This document shows positions 25,565-33,831 of a DNA stretch of 64,000 nt, piece by piece; positions within the stretch are counted from its first letter, which is position 1, and each line of letters begins with the position of its first letter. A model generated the notes under the pieces. That model made no database searches and was not told where the DNA came from. It saw only the letters and a list, made by a program, of their open reading frames with translations. The stretch is taken from the IMG/VR virus record IMGVR_UViG_3300045988_157568; one strand, written 5' to 3'. The stretch is from a virus. The position numbers were made by a program, and so were the translations under genes.

Positions 25565-25831
25565 CTATCTTACAACAATTCTTGCAATCATAGCTGTTTT
25601 TACATCACCATTTTCTTCAAAGTCTGCAAAGCCAGCTTTAAATAAAAGTGAGAAACCTTTTGAAGCCACAATACTACTTGCAATAGCAAGTGACTTATAC
25701 ATTTGATTAACGGCAGAAGCACCTACTGCCCTTATTTCTGTTTCTTTGCCTTCTTCAACACAATTTGCAATACAACCTGCAAGTTGTTTAGTTGATGTTG
25801 TGCTTGAAACTTTTAGTAATGTTTTATTCAT
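25565..25831 (-). CDS. spoVS: SpoVS-like protein
   Basis: LKVSSTTSTKQLAGCIANCVEEGKETEIRAVGASAVNQMYKSLAIA...AMIARIVV parallels SpoVS (LKVSAKSNPNSVAGALAGVLRE.G.AEIQAIGAGALNQAVKAIAIAR...). Confidence 0.75.
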   Translation of the reverse strand: MNKTLLKVSSTTSTKQLAGCIANCVEEGKETEIRAVGASAVNQMYKSLAIASSIVASKGFSLLFKAGFADFEENGDVKTAMIARIVVR

Positions 25832-25851
25832 TTATATACTCCTTTACAATC

Positions 25852-26226
25852 TTAATTTCTGCTCTTTATAAGTGTTTTGACATATTCGTACTTAACTTCT
25901 TTCCAGTCCACAAAACCAAAGTTACGACTGTCACAACTTTCATCACTATTATCCCCCAAAAACCAACAGATACCTAAATTATCTGAATGAGAGTTTAATC
26001 TCTTTACAATAAGTCGTTTCTCATTCATAGGCTTATTGAAGAAATAAATGTTGCCGTCTTTTGGTTTACTTGGAAATACCTTGTGTCGTACTCTTTTTGC
26101 CAAAACAATATCATTTGGATAAAAGGTTGGAAACATTGACCTGCCGACTATTACCGTCAAGAAAAACGTCTTGTGTAAGATATAGACTACCAATGCTATA
26201 ATCAATACAATAATAAAGGCTATCAT
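25852..26226 (-). CDS. signal peptidase I (S26)-like protein
   Basis: N-terminal TM helix, GRSMFPT (catalytic Ser box), IVKRL (Lys box), GDNSDESCDSRNFG box E. Confidence 0.7.
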   Translation of the reverse strand: MIAFIIVLIIALVVYILHKTFFLTVIVGRSMFPTFYPNDIVLAKRVRHKVFPSKPKDGNIYFFNKPMNEKRLIVKRLNSHSDNLGICWFLGDNSDESCDSRNFGFVDWKEVKYEYVKTLIKSRN

Positions 26227-26681
26227 TCTTCCACCACCTTTATTATGTTATCCTTCGGTACAAGTTTTAAAAAATCTTCAAGGTCTAACGCTATGTAACT
26301 TTTACTCGTGTTAAACTTGTGGAATATAACACAAGGTACTTTGTCTTTAGGACAGTCACTCTCTGCTTGTTTAAACCATTGAGGTAAGCTCCACGTCTTA
26401 GTGTTCTTACACTCAATATGTAGCTTACAGTCAATATTACTGTCAACAGGAACTATATCACCCCTAAAGTCATCACCTTTAGCCATTTTGTTTTTAGCAA
26501 AACCACCACTTAAAGGTGTTCTTACAAAGGCTTCACCAAATACCTTTTCAAGTAGCTTGGCTATTGACCTTTCGTAGTTAGCACCTTTGTTACGACTATT
26601 TCTTCCCCTTTTCACATTTTTTTCGTGTTGCTCTTTTTGTTCTCTGCCTTTTTCTGTAACTTTTAGTTGCACATTCTTCAT
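26223..26681 (-). CDS. PD-(D/E)xK Holliday-junction-resolvase-like nuclease (Hjc-type)
   Basis: GANYERSIAKLL...RTPLSGG...GDIVPV...LHIECK pattern. Confidence 0.55.
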   Translation of the reverse strand: MKNVQLKVTEKGREQKEQHEKNVKRGRNSRNKGANYERSIAKLLEKVFGEAFVRTPLSGGFAKNKMAKGDDFRGDIVPVDSNIDCKLHIECKNTKTWSLPQWFKQAESDCPKDKVPCVIFHKFNTSKSYIALDLEDFLKLVPKDNIIKVVEE

Positions 26682-26710
26682 CTCCTATCTCTACTGCAAT
26701 CTCGTAAATC

Positions 26711-26739
26711 ATTATATCATACACATTTGTAAAAAGCAA
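26711..26739 (-). promoter_or_regulatory. Probable SigA-type promoter
   Basis: TTGCTT = 26734-26739, TATAAT = 26711-26716, 17-nt spacer, directly after the terminator T-tract. Confidence 0.5.
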
Positions 26740-26766
26740 GAAAACCGAGAAAATTTCTCGGTTTCT
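26731..26766 (-). terminator. Rho-independent terminator
   Basis: 9-bp stem aaaccgaga / tctcggttt (26742-26764), loop 5 nt, followed on the minus strand by TCTTGCTTTTT. Confidence 0.65.
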
Positions 26767-26868
26767 TTGATTAATATAAAAAGTTAAGGAGTAGAAGCAA
26801 TGGAACTCAAAACTGCTTCATAATTATATTACCAAAAGAAATCAAGATTGTAAACCACTTTGCAATAT

Positions 26869-27585
26869 TTAATTGTCAATTTCGTAGAAAAATTCTCTTG
26901 TAAAATAAGGGCAAAAATCTTCAACTTGCTTTAACAGGCTTTCAATCATCTCTTTAAGCTCTGGTGCAGCACCTGAATTTTTATCTCTTAGCTTTACAAT
27001 ATGTGCAAACTCGGTTATATTGACTTTCGCCGTAAAATCTGACGGTATAGAAAGTCTGCATAAACCCCTTGCAACATCTTTTTTATTAGCTAAATCTTCT
27101 CTTATAAAGCCATTCGCTGTTTTAACATATGTAATACCGTCTTGTACAATAGTAGACGGTAAAGAAATACCTTGAATATCTAATACTTCCCTATCTGTCA
27201 GTATTTTATCTTTGTACCAATCCGATTTTTCATCTTGAAAGTCTGCAAGTCGGGTACTTGCTCTTATAATACGATTATCTAATCGTTTTGCGTGAGCGTC
27301 AAAGTCATCTTGTGCTCCCCTGTGAATACCCAACACCGTAAATTCAAGGTCAATAAATCTTAATAAGGTAATATGTTTCTTACCGATTTTACACACCTTT
27401 TCAATCTCTTTGCAAAAGGTTTCAGAGGTTTCAAGGTCAGTAACAACTGCACCCCTTGTTGATGTATTCAGTTTTTCCATAAGATATATGTCACTTACCT
27501 TCTCTTTTGTAAGGTGTCTTTTGCTGGTATACATAGAGGTTATAGCTGACGCATAACCCGATATTTTATTTAATAATACTTCCAT
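26869..27585 (-). CDS. ThyX-fold (flavin-dependent thymidylate synthase-like) protein with divergent signature
   Basis: HITLLRFIDLEFTV and NITEFAHIVKLRDKNSGAAPELKEMIESLL...FCPYF parallel ThyX blocks. The RHR..S.R signature region reads FDAHAKRLDNRIIRASTR. Confidence 0.55.
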   Translation of the reverse strand: MEVLLNKISGYASAITSMYTSKRHLTKEKVSDIYLMEKLNTSTRGAVVTDLETSETFCKEIEKVCKIGKKHITLLRFIDLEFTVLGIHRGAQDDFDAHAKRLDNRIIRASTRLADFQDEKSDWYKDKILTDREVLDIQGISLPSTIVQDGITYVKTANGFIREDLANKKDVARGLCRLSIPSDFTAKVNITEFAHIVKLRDKNSGAAPELKEMIESLLKQVEDFCPYFTREFFYEIDN

Positions 27586-27600
27586 TTATATATTCCTTTC

Positions 27601-27684
27601 TTACTTGTTATTGCTTGTTATAAAGAGATAAGCTATAATCAAAACAAAAAACATAAGCTCCACTAAAATCTTCTCAATATTCAT
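27601..27684 (-). CDS. 27-aa single-TM mini-protein (not in ORF track)
   Basis: MNIEKILVELMFFVLIIAYLFITSNNK. Its ATG overlaps the upstream TAA (TAATG at 27682-27686). Confidence 0.4.
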   Translation of the reverse strand: MNIEKILVELMFFVLIIAYLFITSNNK

Positions 27685-28019
27685 TATTTTAACCCTTTCT
27701 TATAGTCCTTACAGGCTTCTTTCCAGTCTATATCAACTTCAATACCTAAAGCCTGTTTCAATTCTTCGTGCAAAGTATCAATCTTTACCTGCCCCTGAAC
27801 AACTGCGTCACTAACTCTGAAAAAGCTATTCATAAATTGTAAAGCTCTCTTTTTGCCAAAGCCAAACTCTGTATGTAAAACATAAGCAGGTATTACAGTA
27901 AGCATTTCTAAAGCATTTGCTGATACCTTTAAACGTAAATCATCTGTCGCTTTAGCTATCTCACGTTGTAATACTGCATTATTGTTTGGACGCTTACCCC
28001 TTTTCTTTCTCTTTGCCAT
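27684..28019 (-). CDS. hypothetical basic-N-terminus protein (111 aa)
   Basis: MAKRKKRGKRP... ORF. Confidence 0.6.
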   Translation of the reverse strand: MAKRKKRGKRPNNNAVLQREIAKATDDLRLKVSANALEMLTVIPAYVLHTEFGFGKKRALQFMNSFFRVSDAVVQGQVKIDTLHEELKQALGIEVDIDWKEACKDYKKGLK

Positions 28020-28040
28020 TGTACTTCACCCCACATAAGA

Positions 28041-28613
28041 TTATTCTGATAAACTTATTATAGCAAAATTGTTCCGTTTAGGCAAATGGCACTTTACCTC
28101 GTCCAGTCGTTGCAGATAGCTTTTATAATACCACTTAATTTCTGACTCAAAAGTTTTAACCGCCTGCTCACAAAGCTCTTTTGACGTGAAATAAATCGTA
28201 CCAAAATCACGAACACGAACTGAGTCAAGTACAAGAATTGTATCATTAGAATAATTGTAAGTAAAGTACCACTTAGACATTGTACTTTCTTTCCAATCTT
28301 TACTGGTTATTGCTCTATCGTTGTCTGCCTGAAATTTTCGCAACATATTTTTAAGAGTAGTAGCTCTATTTACACATTGTGCAATTTCCTCGGAAGTAAA
28401 ATAATTACCGCTATCGAACAATACTACATCATCATAATAACTGTCTTCTGTTAGGTTCATTACCCCATTACTTGATACTACATAATAGGTTTCACCACTT
28501 CTTGCTCTCTCATAGCCAGTTAAATTAGACTTTATAAGCCCTAATTTAGTCGCTTTTTCTTTTGAAATATTGATAAAATCTATCTTACCATTCACTTTTA
28601 TTCTAAATTTCAT
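28041..28613 (-). CDS. paralogue family B member 2
   Basis: LRKFQADNDRAITSKDW and IYFTSKELCEQAVKTF blocks. Confidence 0.6.
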   Translation of the reverse strand: MKFRIKVNGKIDFINISKEKATKLGLIKSNLTGYERARSGETYYVVSSNGVMNLTEDSYYDDVVLFDSGNYFTSEEIAQCVNRATTLKNMLRKFQADNDRAITSKDWKESTMSKWYFTYNYSNDTILVLDSVRVRDFGTIYFTSKELCEQAVKTFESEIKWYYKSYLQRLDEVKCHLPKRNNFAIISLSE

Positions 28614-29175
28614 CTTTCTCTATCCTTTCTGTATAACCGATATGTGTTTTACCTTGAAATTTATTAAAGTACCAATCTATATCTTCCTTAAATTCTTGAA
28701 TAGCTTCGTTGCATTTTTCTGCTGATGAAAAATAAACTTGACTTATCATATCATACTCAAAGGATTGTGCTCTTGCTACATAGGTACATCTATCATAGCC
28801 TGTTTCCTTTGAAATTACCCACCTAATTTTAGGTTGTTCATTTGGGTTATATGTCGATATTGGTTTATCATTAAGGGCTTGCCATTGCAATAATTTTAAA
28901 TATATCATTACTGCTTTTAACACCTTATTGGCAAACTGCTTATTATTAAAATAATTTGCGTAGCTGTATAATGTATCAGCGTCAATAGTATGGTTATCTA
29001 CCGACTTCTTAACAGCTAAATCTATATAAAAATAAGGTTGGTTGTAAGCAACTCTACTAAAGCCTGTATCATATAGAGGTTTACCCTCTGCTGACAACCC
29101 TAAATAGTTTGCTTGCTCGTCTGTTATGTCTAAGCGTGTTATGCTTCCGTCCTTTGCCTTTACTGATATTTCCAT
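28603..29175 (-). CDS. paralogue family B member 3
   Basis: LQWQALNDKPIST and VYFSSAEKCNEAIQEF blocks. Start ATG 29175. Overlaps the methyltransferase 3' end by ~95 nt. Confidence 0.6.
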   Translation of the reverse strand: MEISVKAKDGSITRLDITDEQANYLGLSAEGKPLYDTGFSRVAYNQPYFYIDLAVKKSVDNHTIDADTLYSYANYFNNKQFANKVLKAVMIYLKLLQWQALNDKPISTYNPNEQPKIRWVISKETGYDRCTYVARAQSFEYDMISQVYFSSAEKCNEAIQEFKEDIDWYFNKFQGKTHIGYTERIEKDEI

Positions 29176-30117
29176 TGAAATCACCTACTCTCTTTATTCC
29201 TTTAAAGATGTGCTTTATAACTTCTATTGTCCAACCGTCACCACACATATTGTATATGTGAGAGTCAGCTACATTCATCTTGTACCAATCAGGTATTGTC
29301 TGCAACTTCCTATACTCGTTTGGAGTAAGTTTTCTACACCTGTTTCTATCCAAAATTTTCTTCTGTGTATTTCCACCCCGACAGCCTGTCAAAGTAGGAC
29401 TTTTAAAATTGATGTTATTAACTCTTTTCAGAATATCGTGTCCATTAATATGTAAGGTGGCTATAACTTTCTTACTGTTACCGTGAAAGTCAAAACCCTG
29501 CTCATAGAAATATTTTTCAGGCACATCTTTATCCATTATATCCTTTATTACCTGCTTACTGGCTAAAGGTAATGGAGCGATAGGTATGTTTGTCCAATAC
29601 AAACGCTTTCTATCTTGTGCCGAAAATATATTGCTGTCAATTAAACGAGGTTTAACACCAATCACTTTTGTTATCTTAGCTATATCAGTCTTATTATTAC
29701 TGTCCACATTCTCAATCATAAAGAGAACGTCAGGGTTATTATTCGCCTTTATCCATTGTAGTATAGCATTACAGGGATAGAATAACCACGATACACCTTT
29801 TAAGCCATTATTATATTCTTTCGCCCTGCCGTTGCCTTTGAAAGTGAACAGCAAGGACTTCCGAATATAACTAAATCAATCTTAGGTAGGTTACTTAGAG
29901 CGTCACCTTTGACAATAAGTTCGTCATCAACTTCTTCAACAAAGTTCATAACGTCACCTATTTGTATGGTATCAGGGAAGTTATCTTGTGTAACCTTTAT
30001 TGCGTTCTTATCAATTTCACTTGCAAAATATTTATTGATTTTGTAACCGCTTTCAATTAAAGCAATCTGTCCACAACTCATTCCGTCACACAAGCTCAAC
30101 ACATTTAAAGGTTTCAT
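29081..30117 (-). pseudogene. DNA (cytosine-5)-methyltransferase split over two frames (N-fragment 29800..30117, C-fragment 29081..29854)
   Basis: N-fragment has motif I (LSLCDGMSCG) and motif IV (GSPCC). The C-fragment, in the -1 frame, has motif VI (LFMIENV) and a late GDGW block. The frames overlap at 29800-29854, with the junction near GGGCGAAAG (about 29815-29826). Confidence 0.75.
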
Positions 30118-30135
30118 ATACTGTTTAGCCCCTTT

Positions 30136-30327
30136 CTAACTTAGTCGAATAAATACACCATTCTTAGCACGCTCCCTTGAGGTACTTGTTAAATAGGTTA
30201 TCTCATCTATGGGTACTCCACCTTCTTCACCATATATGTCATCTGGGTAGATAACAGCTACTTCTGTATCGCAAGGAAATGTATTTAAAATATCAACCAT
30301 TTCTTTAACCGTCATTTTATCCCTCAT
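30136..30327 (-). CDS. hypothetical protein (about 60 aa)
   Basis: Small ORF. ATGA overlap with the upstream stop, or alternative ATG 30315. Confidence 0.5.
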   Translation of the reverse strand: MRDKMTVKEMVDILNTFPCDTEVAVIYPDDIYGEEGGVPIDEITYLTSTSRERAKNGVFIRLS

Positions 30328-30656
30328 TCTGCAATAACTATTTCTATATCATCTTTGTCATTACTTTTTCTTAATAGGGACGTGTTATATTCTTTGACTG
30401 CTTCAATGTAGCGAGCCAGCGCTTCTTTTGCTCCTTCTACATTACTGTACTCACGAGGTGCAATACTGTCATCATATTCTTTTGCACGACCTCTTACATA
30501 TATAATAGCTGGTGTTAGTTCTGGACTACTTATACTTTTAACCTCAATCCCATTAGACGCACAAAATTTAAAATCCCCTCGTTTAATCCCATCTCCCTGC
30601 TCCAGCACTTTCATTAACAATACATTTTCGACTCTCCAAAATTTAATTTTTAACAT
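30324..30656 (-). CDS. hypothetical protein (110 aa)
   Basis: ORF with AGGAGG SD. Confidence 0.6.
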   Translation of the reverse strand: MLKIKFWRVENVLLMKVLEQGDGIKRGDFKFCASNGIEVKSISSPELTPAIIYVRGRAKEYDDSIAPREYSNVEGAKEALARYIEAVKEYNTSLLRKSNDKDDIEIVIAE

Positions 30657-30658
30657 TT

Positions 30659-30850
30659 TTACATCTCCTCCTTACTTCTCAACCTTTTCAATTCTTTTTT
30701 ACCTTCTGCCGACAAGTCGTTTTCGTCTTTAATATTATTAAGACACGATATTACTCTGTCATTCATCATAACTTGAAAATTTTCGTTCTTCGGTAATAGG
30801 CACTCTGTTTCTCCTTTATGGAATACGCATTTTTTGCAGTTACAAATCAT
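30659..30850 (-). CDS. small Cys-rich protein (63 aa)
   Basis: CNCKKC...C pattern. GGGGAA SD-like upstream. Confidence 0.5.
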   Translation of the reverse strand: MICNCKKCVFHKGETECLLPKNENFQVMMNDRVISCLNNIKDENDLSAEGKKELKRLRSKEEM

Positions 30851-30914
30851 TTTAATTCCCCTTTCCGTATTCTTTTATAACTATATTAAGTTGTCTCTCC
30901 TTAACTTATAGTAT

Positions 30915-31562
30915 TTAGCTCAAATCACTTTTTAACTTTAGTGTTCTCAACAACTTTCCGTCAGCAATATCGTTTACCTTGTCAGTAGGTATATCAAGTA
31001 GATACTGTATTTGTGATAGCATAACAAGAACATCTGAAAATTTCTCTGTTATGCTATCCATTACTGTGTAAAATGGCTTTCTTACTGGTTGTCCTTTGCC
31101 TTTATAACGCATATACTTTGTTAAAGATTGAGTTAATTCGCTCATTTCTTCAATAAGTAAAAATACCTGTGCGTCACCGTATGTATCAGCAATTTCTCTC
31201 CACCCTTTTGCAGATGTCAAACCAATAAGTCCTAACGGATAAGTGTGTTTAGTTAAGTCCGAAGAGTAGATAGGGTTATCACCATACTTTGACTTAACAC
31301 ATTCTACTTCTGTTTCAAGCAATTCATATTTCTTATGAAACACGTCTGGCTTACAAGGGTAGTATTCGCCACGCAATCCTCTTATAATGTAATCACCGAC
31401 ATTTGCTCGCATATCACCTTCAAGTGTTCTTATAACTGGAACACCTTCGACAATATAGATATTTGTCTTTTCAGGTGTATTTGCAAACTGAATAATCTCT
31501 TGCATATTATCACCTGTCCACTCCATAGCATTTATTTCACAAGGTTTCGTTTTATACTTCAT
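30915..31562 (-). CDS. PGDYG-like domain fused to MazG-type nucleotide pyrophosphohydrolase
   Basis: N-terminal VGDYIIRGLRGEYYPCKPDVFHKKYE (PGDYG-type). C-terminal LLIEEMSELTQS ... EKFSDVLVML (MazG EExxE / E..D helices). Confidence 0.6.
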   Translation of the reverse strand: MKYKTKPCEINAMEWTGDNMQEIIQFANTPEKTNIYIVEGVPVIRTLEGDMRANVGDYIIRGLRGEYYPCKPDVFHKKYELLETEVECVKSKYGDNPIYSSDLTKHTYPLGLIGLTSAKGWREIADTYGDAQVFLLIEEMSELTQSLTKYMRYKGKGQPVRKPFYTVMDSITEKFSDVLVMLSQIQYLLDIPTDKVNDIADGKLLRTLKLKSDLS

Positions 31563-31580
31563 CTATAATCTTCCTTTCTA

Positions 31581-31763
31581 TTAATAATTTCGTTCTTCAC
31601 AAGCAGATGTTTCTTTAGCTTCCTTTTCCCAAGAATATTCCCAAGTGGAGTTAAACACTCTCCTACCACACATTGCATAAAGCCCTGTACAGTAAACCCT
31701 TAGATATTTACAACCAAAACAACTCTTATTACTTATACTTTGCATTGCTCTCACTCTTTTCAA
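31581..31763 (-). CDS. small Cys-rich protein (60 aa)
   Basis: CFGCKY..C..C pattern; weak support. Confidence 0.35.
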   Translation of the reverse strand: MKRVRAMQSISNKSCFGCKYLRVYCTGLYAMCGRRVFNSTWEYSWEKEAKETSACEERNY

Positions 31764-31801
31764 AAGATAACATTCCTGTTTCGGTTAATGTTATCGTTTC
31801 A

Positions 31802-32404
31802 TTAATCTTTATCTATACTGCTCCAATCAAGTCGTTGCCCACAATCAGGGCAGAAATTACATTTGTCCGAATAGTCCAACTCAAACATATGTCGACAAGT
31901 AGGGCAATAGCCAGTGTCAAATACTATTCCACATTCATCATAGCCGTCACCTTCAAGGTCAGGAACATCTGGTTTATTCCTTTTAATCATATCAGCAAAA
32001 TCAACATAATCTTTGTCAGGGATTGCAACAGTAACCACCTTATCATTGCTATTAAACATAAGTTGAATTGACCGCAAACTTTCAAGAGGTAATTTATTAA
32101 GAGCATTACCATACCTTACACTCTCTTGTAAATCTCTTATCAAAGTAAATCTCTCAAAGCCTCTTACTGCAAGTGCATAAGTAGAATATAATTCAAATTG
32201 AGGAAAAACGTTATTGCAAGGCACAAAAACACCGTTAGTATTTTGTGAAAACTGTCCCATATGGCTTGTTTCAATATACTTTCTGCCAACTCGTGTAACA
32301 GGTATAGTTTCAATTTTACCATACTTTTCTGAATACCTATCCACATTTAAAAGAAAAGCGTCAGTTCCAGCTTTAAAATTCTTTATTGTTTGCACGTTTC
32401 TCAC
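31802..32404 (-). CDS. hypothetical protein with C-terminal zinc ribbon
   Basis: CPTCRH...CNFCPDCG. Start codon uncertain (GTG 32404 or 32395). Confidence 0.55.
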   Translation of the reverse strand: MRNVQTIKNFKAGTDAFLLNVDRYSEKYGKIETIPVTRVGRKYIETSHMGQFSQNTNGVFVPCNNVFPQFELYSTYALAVRGFERFTLIRDLQESVRYGNALNKLPLESLRSIQLMFNSNDKVVTVAIPDKDYVDFADMIKRNKPDVPDLEGDGYDECGIVFDTGYCPTCRHMFELDYSDKCNFCPDCGQRLDWSSIDKD

Positions 32405-32696
32405 ACTCCCTTCTCAGTGTTTCTGTAAATTCTTCTTGTGACATTTTATCACTATCACCCTTATAAGTGATTTTTCTACTGTCATCAAAGCGTTGCTTAT
32501 TTGGAGAGTTACGCAACTGTCTTTCAAATAATTGTCTTTGTCTACGCATATATTCGATATTGTTTTCGAGCATATGCTTTTGTATTTCTTTTGAAGTCTT
32601 TACATTATGAAACATAACATTTACGCCAATTATAATAACAAATAAAGCGAAAAGAAATAAAAAGACCCCTAAAGTAATACATAAGATTTTAAGCAT
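32373..32696 (-). CDS. single-TM membrane protein
   Basis: MLKILCITLGVFLFLFALFVIIIGV... Start ATG 32696 overlaps the upstream stop by 8 nt. Confidence 0.55.
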   Translation of the reverse strand: MLKILCITLGVFLFLFALFVIIIGVNVMFHNVKTSKEIQKHMLENNIEYMRRQRQLFERQLRNSPNKQRFDDSRKITYKGDSDKMSQEEFTETLRRECEKRANNKEF

Positions 32697-33087
32697 TGCC
32701 ACTACCTTCTTTCTGACGTTTGTTCTTGTAACACTCTCTTTTATATGCGGCCTCTTTTTCAGCACAAGCTATGCACATACGTTGTGTTCTTTCAAGTGGT
32801 AGAGGTTCACCACACTTAACACATAAATGATTTTCAATTCTTTCAGCACGAGTTTTTTTAGCCCATTTACGCTTACCTGCTCTTACGGCATATAACTTTT
32901 CAGGCGACTCTTTATAGTTTCGGGCATTATTTGCCTTTCTTCTATCCTTACACTCTCTGCACGTTAAACTTCCTTCTTCTGCTGGACGCTTATGGCAGTT
33001 AGTACAGATACCGTCTTTCTTATTCTTTTCATACCTGTCTTTTCTGTATTTTTTATAATAGTCACTGTATTGTTGATAATCTGACAT
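32689..33087 (-). CDS. Cys-rich basic protein with repeated CxxC zinc ribbons
   Basis: CTNCHK...CRECKD and CVKCGE...CIAC. Confidence 0.55.
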   Translation of the reverse strand: MSDYQQYSDYYKKYRKDRYEKNKKDGICTNCHKRPAEEGSLTCRECKDRRKANNARNYKESPEKLYAVRAGKRKWAKKTRAERIENHLCVKCGEPLPLERTQRMCIACAEKEAAYKRECYKNKRQKEGSGNA

Positions 33088-33092
33088 ATTGA

Positions 33093-33752
33093 TTACTCTC
33101 CATTCTTTTTAATTCCTGCAACCGTAAAATCGTCCAATGAAGGGTGATTTACCTTTGTATACATAGCACACACTATATTCCACAAAAATGCAATGTTATG
33201 TGGTTCATCTTCCAATCCCACCATTACCTTTGTTAAGTGCCTTAAAGCACTGTCTATAAAGCTATGTAAAGGTAAACCTTTTTCCCAGTTTCTTGCTTCA
33301 TACTTCAATGCCCCATTCTCATAATGTTTTGCCAACTCCCAAAGAGTGTTAAAGAAAAAGGTAGTGTACTCACTGTTAAGTGCCTGTATGCTATCCAACT
33401 TTACACCCGACTTATAAGCGTTTAGAATTACGCCTAAATGAAACGTTGACAGTAGCGTTTGATAACTACCCAATTTTCTGAACAAATTTAATTGAAAATA
33501 TATCTGTGCTATAATTCTTACTTCAAGCTCATCTAACTCCCCCTTTTTTGGTGGACGTTCTTCAATAAGCAATGTCCTAAAAATCGCATTATAGTCATCA
33601 ACATTAAGTTGAGTAACTATATTTGATATTTCTGCTAAAGGTAATAAGTCAAACCTACCTTTACCCTGTACAATTTCTCTCATTGCACCTGTTTCAAAAT
33701 GTGTTCTTTCACCACTATCTTGAAGTGGTGTTTTAGCTTTTATCTTATTCAT
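33093..33752 (-). CDS. MazZ-like (DUF5664-type) dATP/dGTP pyrophosphohydrolase homologue
   Basis: N-terminus QDSGERTHFETGAMREIVQGKGRFDLLPL matches my memory of the DSG.R..F.TGA.RD...GKGR.DL signature of this family. Confidence 0.5.
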   Translation of the reverse strand: MNKIKAKTPLQDSGERTHFETGAMREIVQGKGRFDLLPLAEISNIVTQLNVDDYNAIFRTLLIEERPPKKGELDELEVRIIAQIYFQLNLFRKLGSYQTLLSTFHLGVILNAYKSGVKLDSIQALNSEYTTFFFNTLWELAKHYENGALKYEARNWEKGLPLHSFIDSALRHLTKVMVGLEDEPHNIAFLWNIVCAMYTKVNHPSLDDFTVAGIKKNGE

Positions 33753-33780
33753 TTTATTATCGCTCCTTTACTGTAATTGC

Positions 33781-33830
33781 ATTATACACTCTTTTATCCC
33801 TGTTGTCAAATAAGGAAAATCCTCACTCCA
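33781..33830 (-). promoter_or_regulatory. SigA-type promoter
   Basis: TTGACA = 33804-33809, TATAAT = 33781-33786, 17-nt spacer. Upstream GGAGTGAGGATTTTCC box. Confidence 0.8.
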
Positions 33831-33831
33831 A

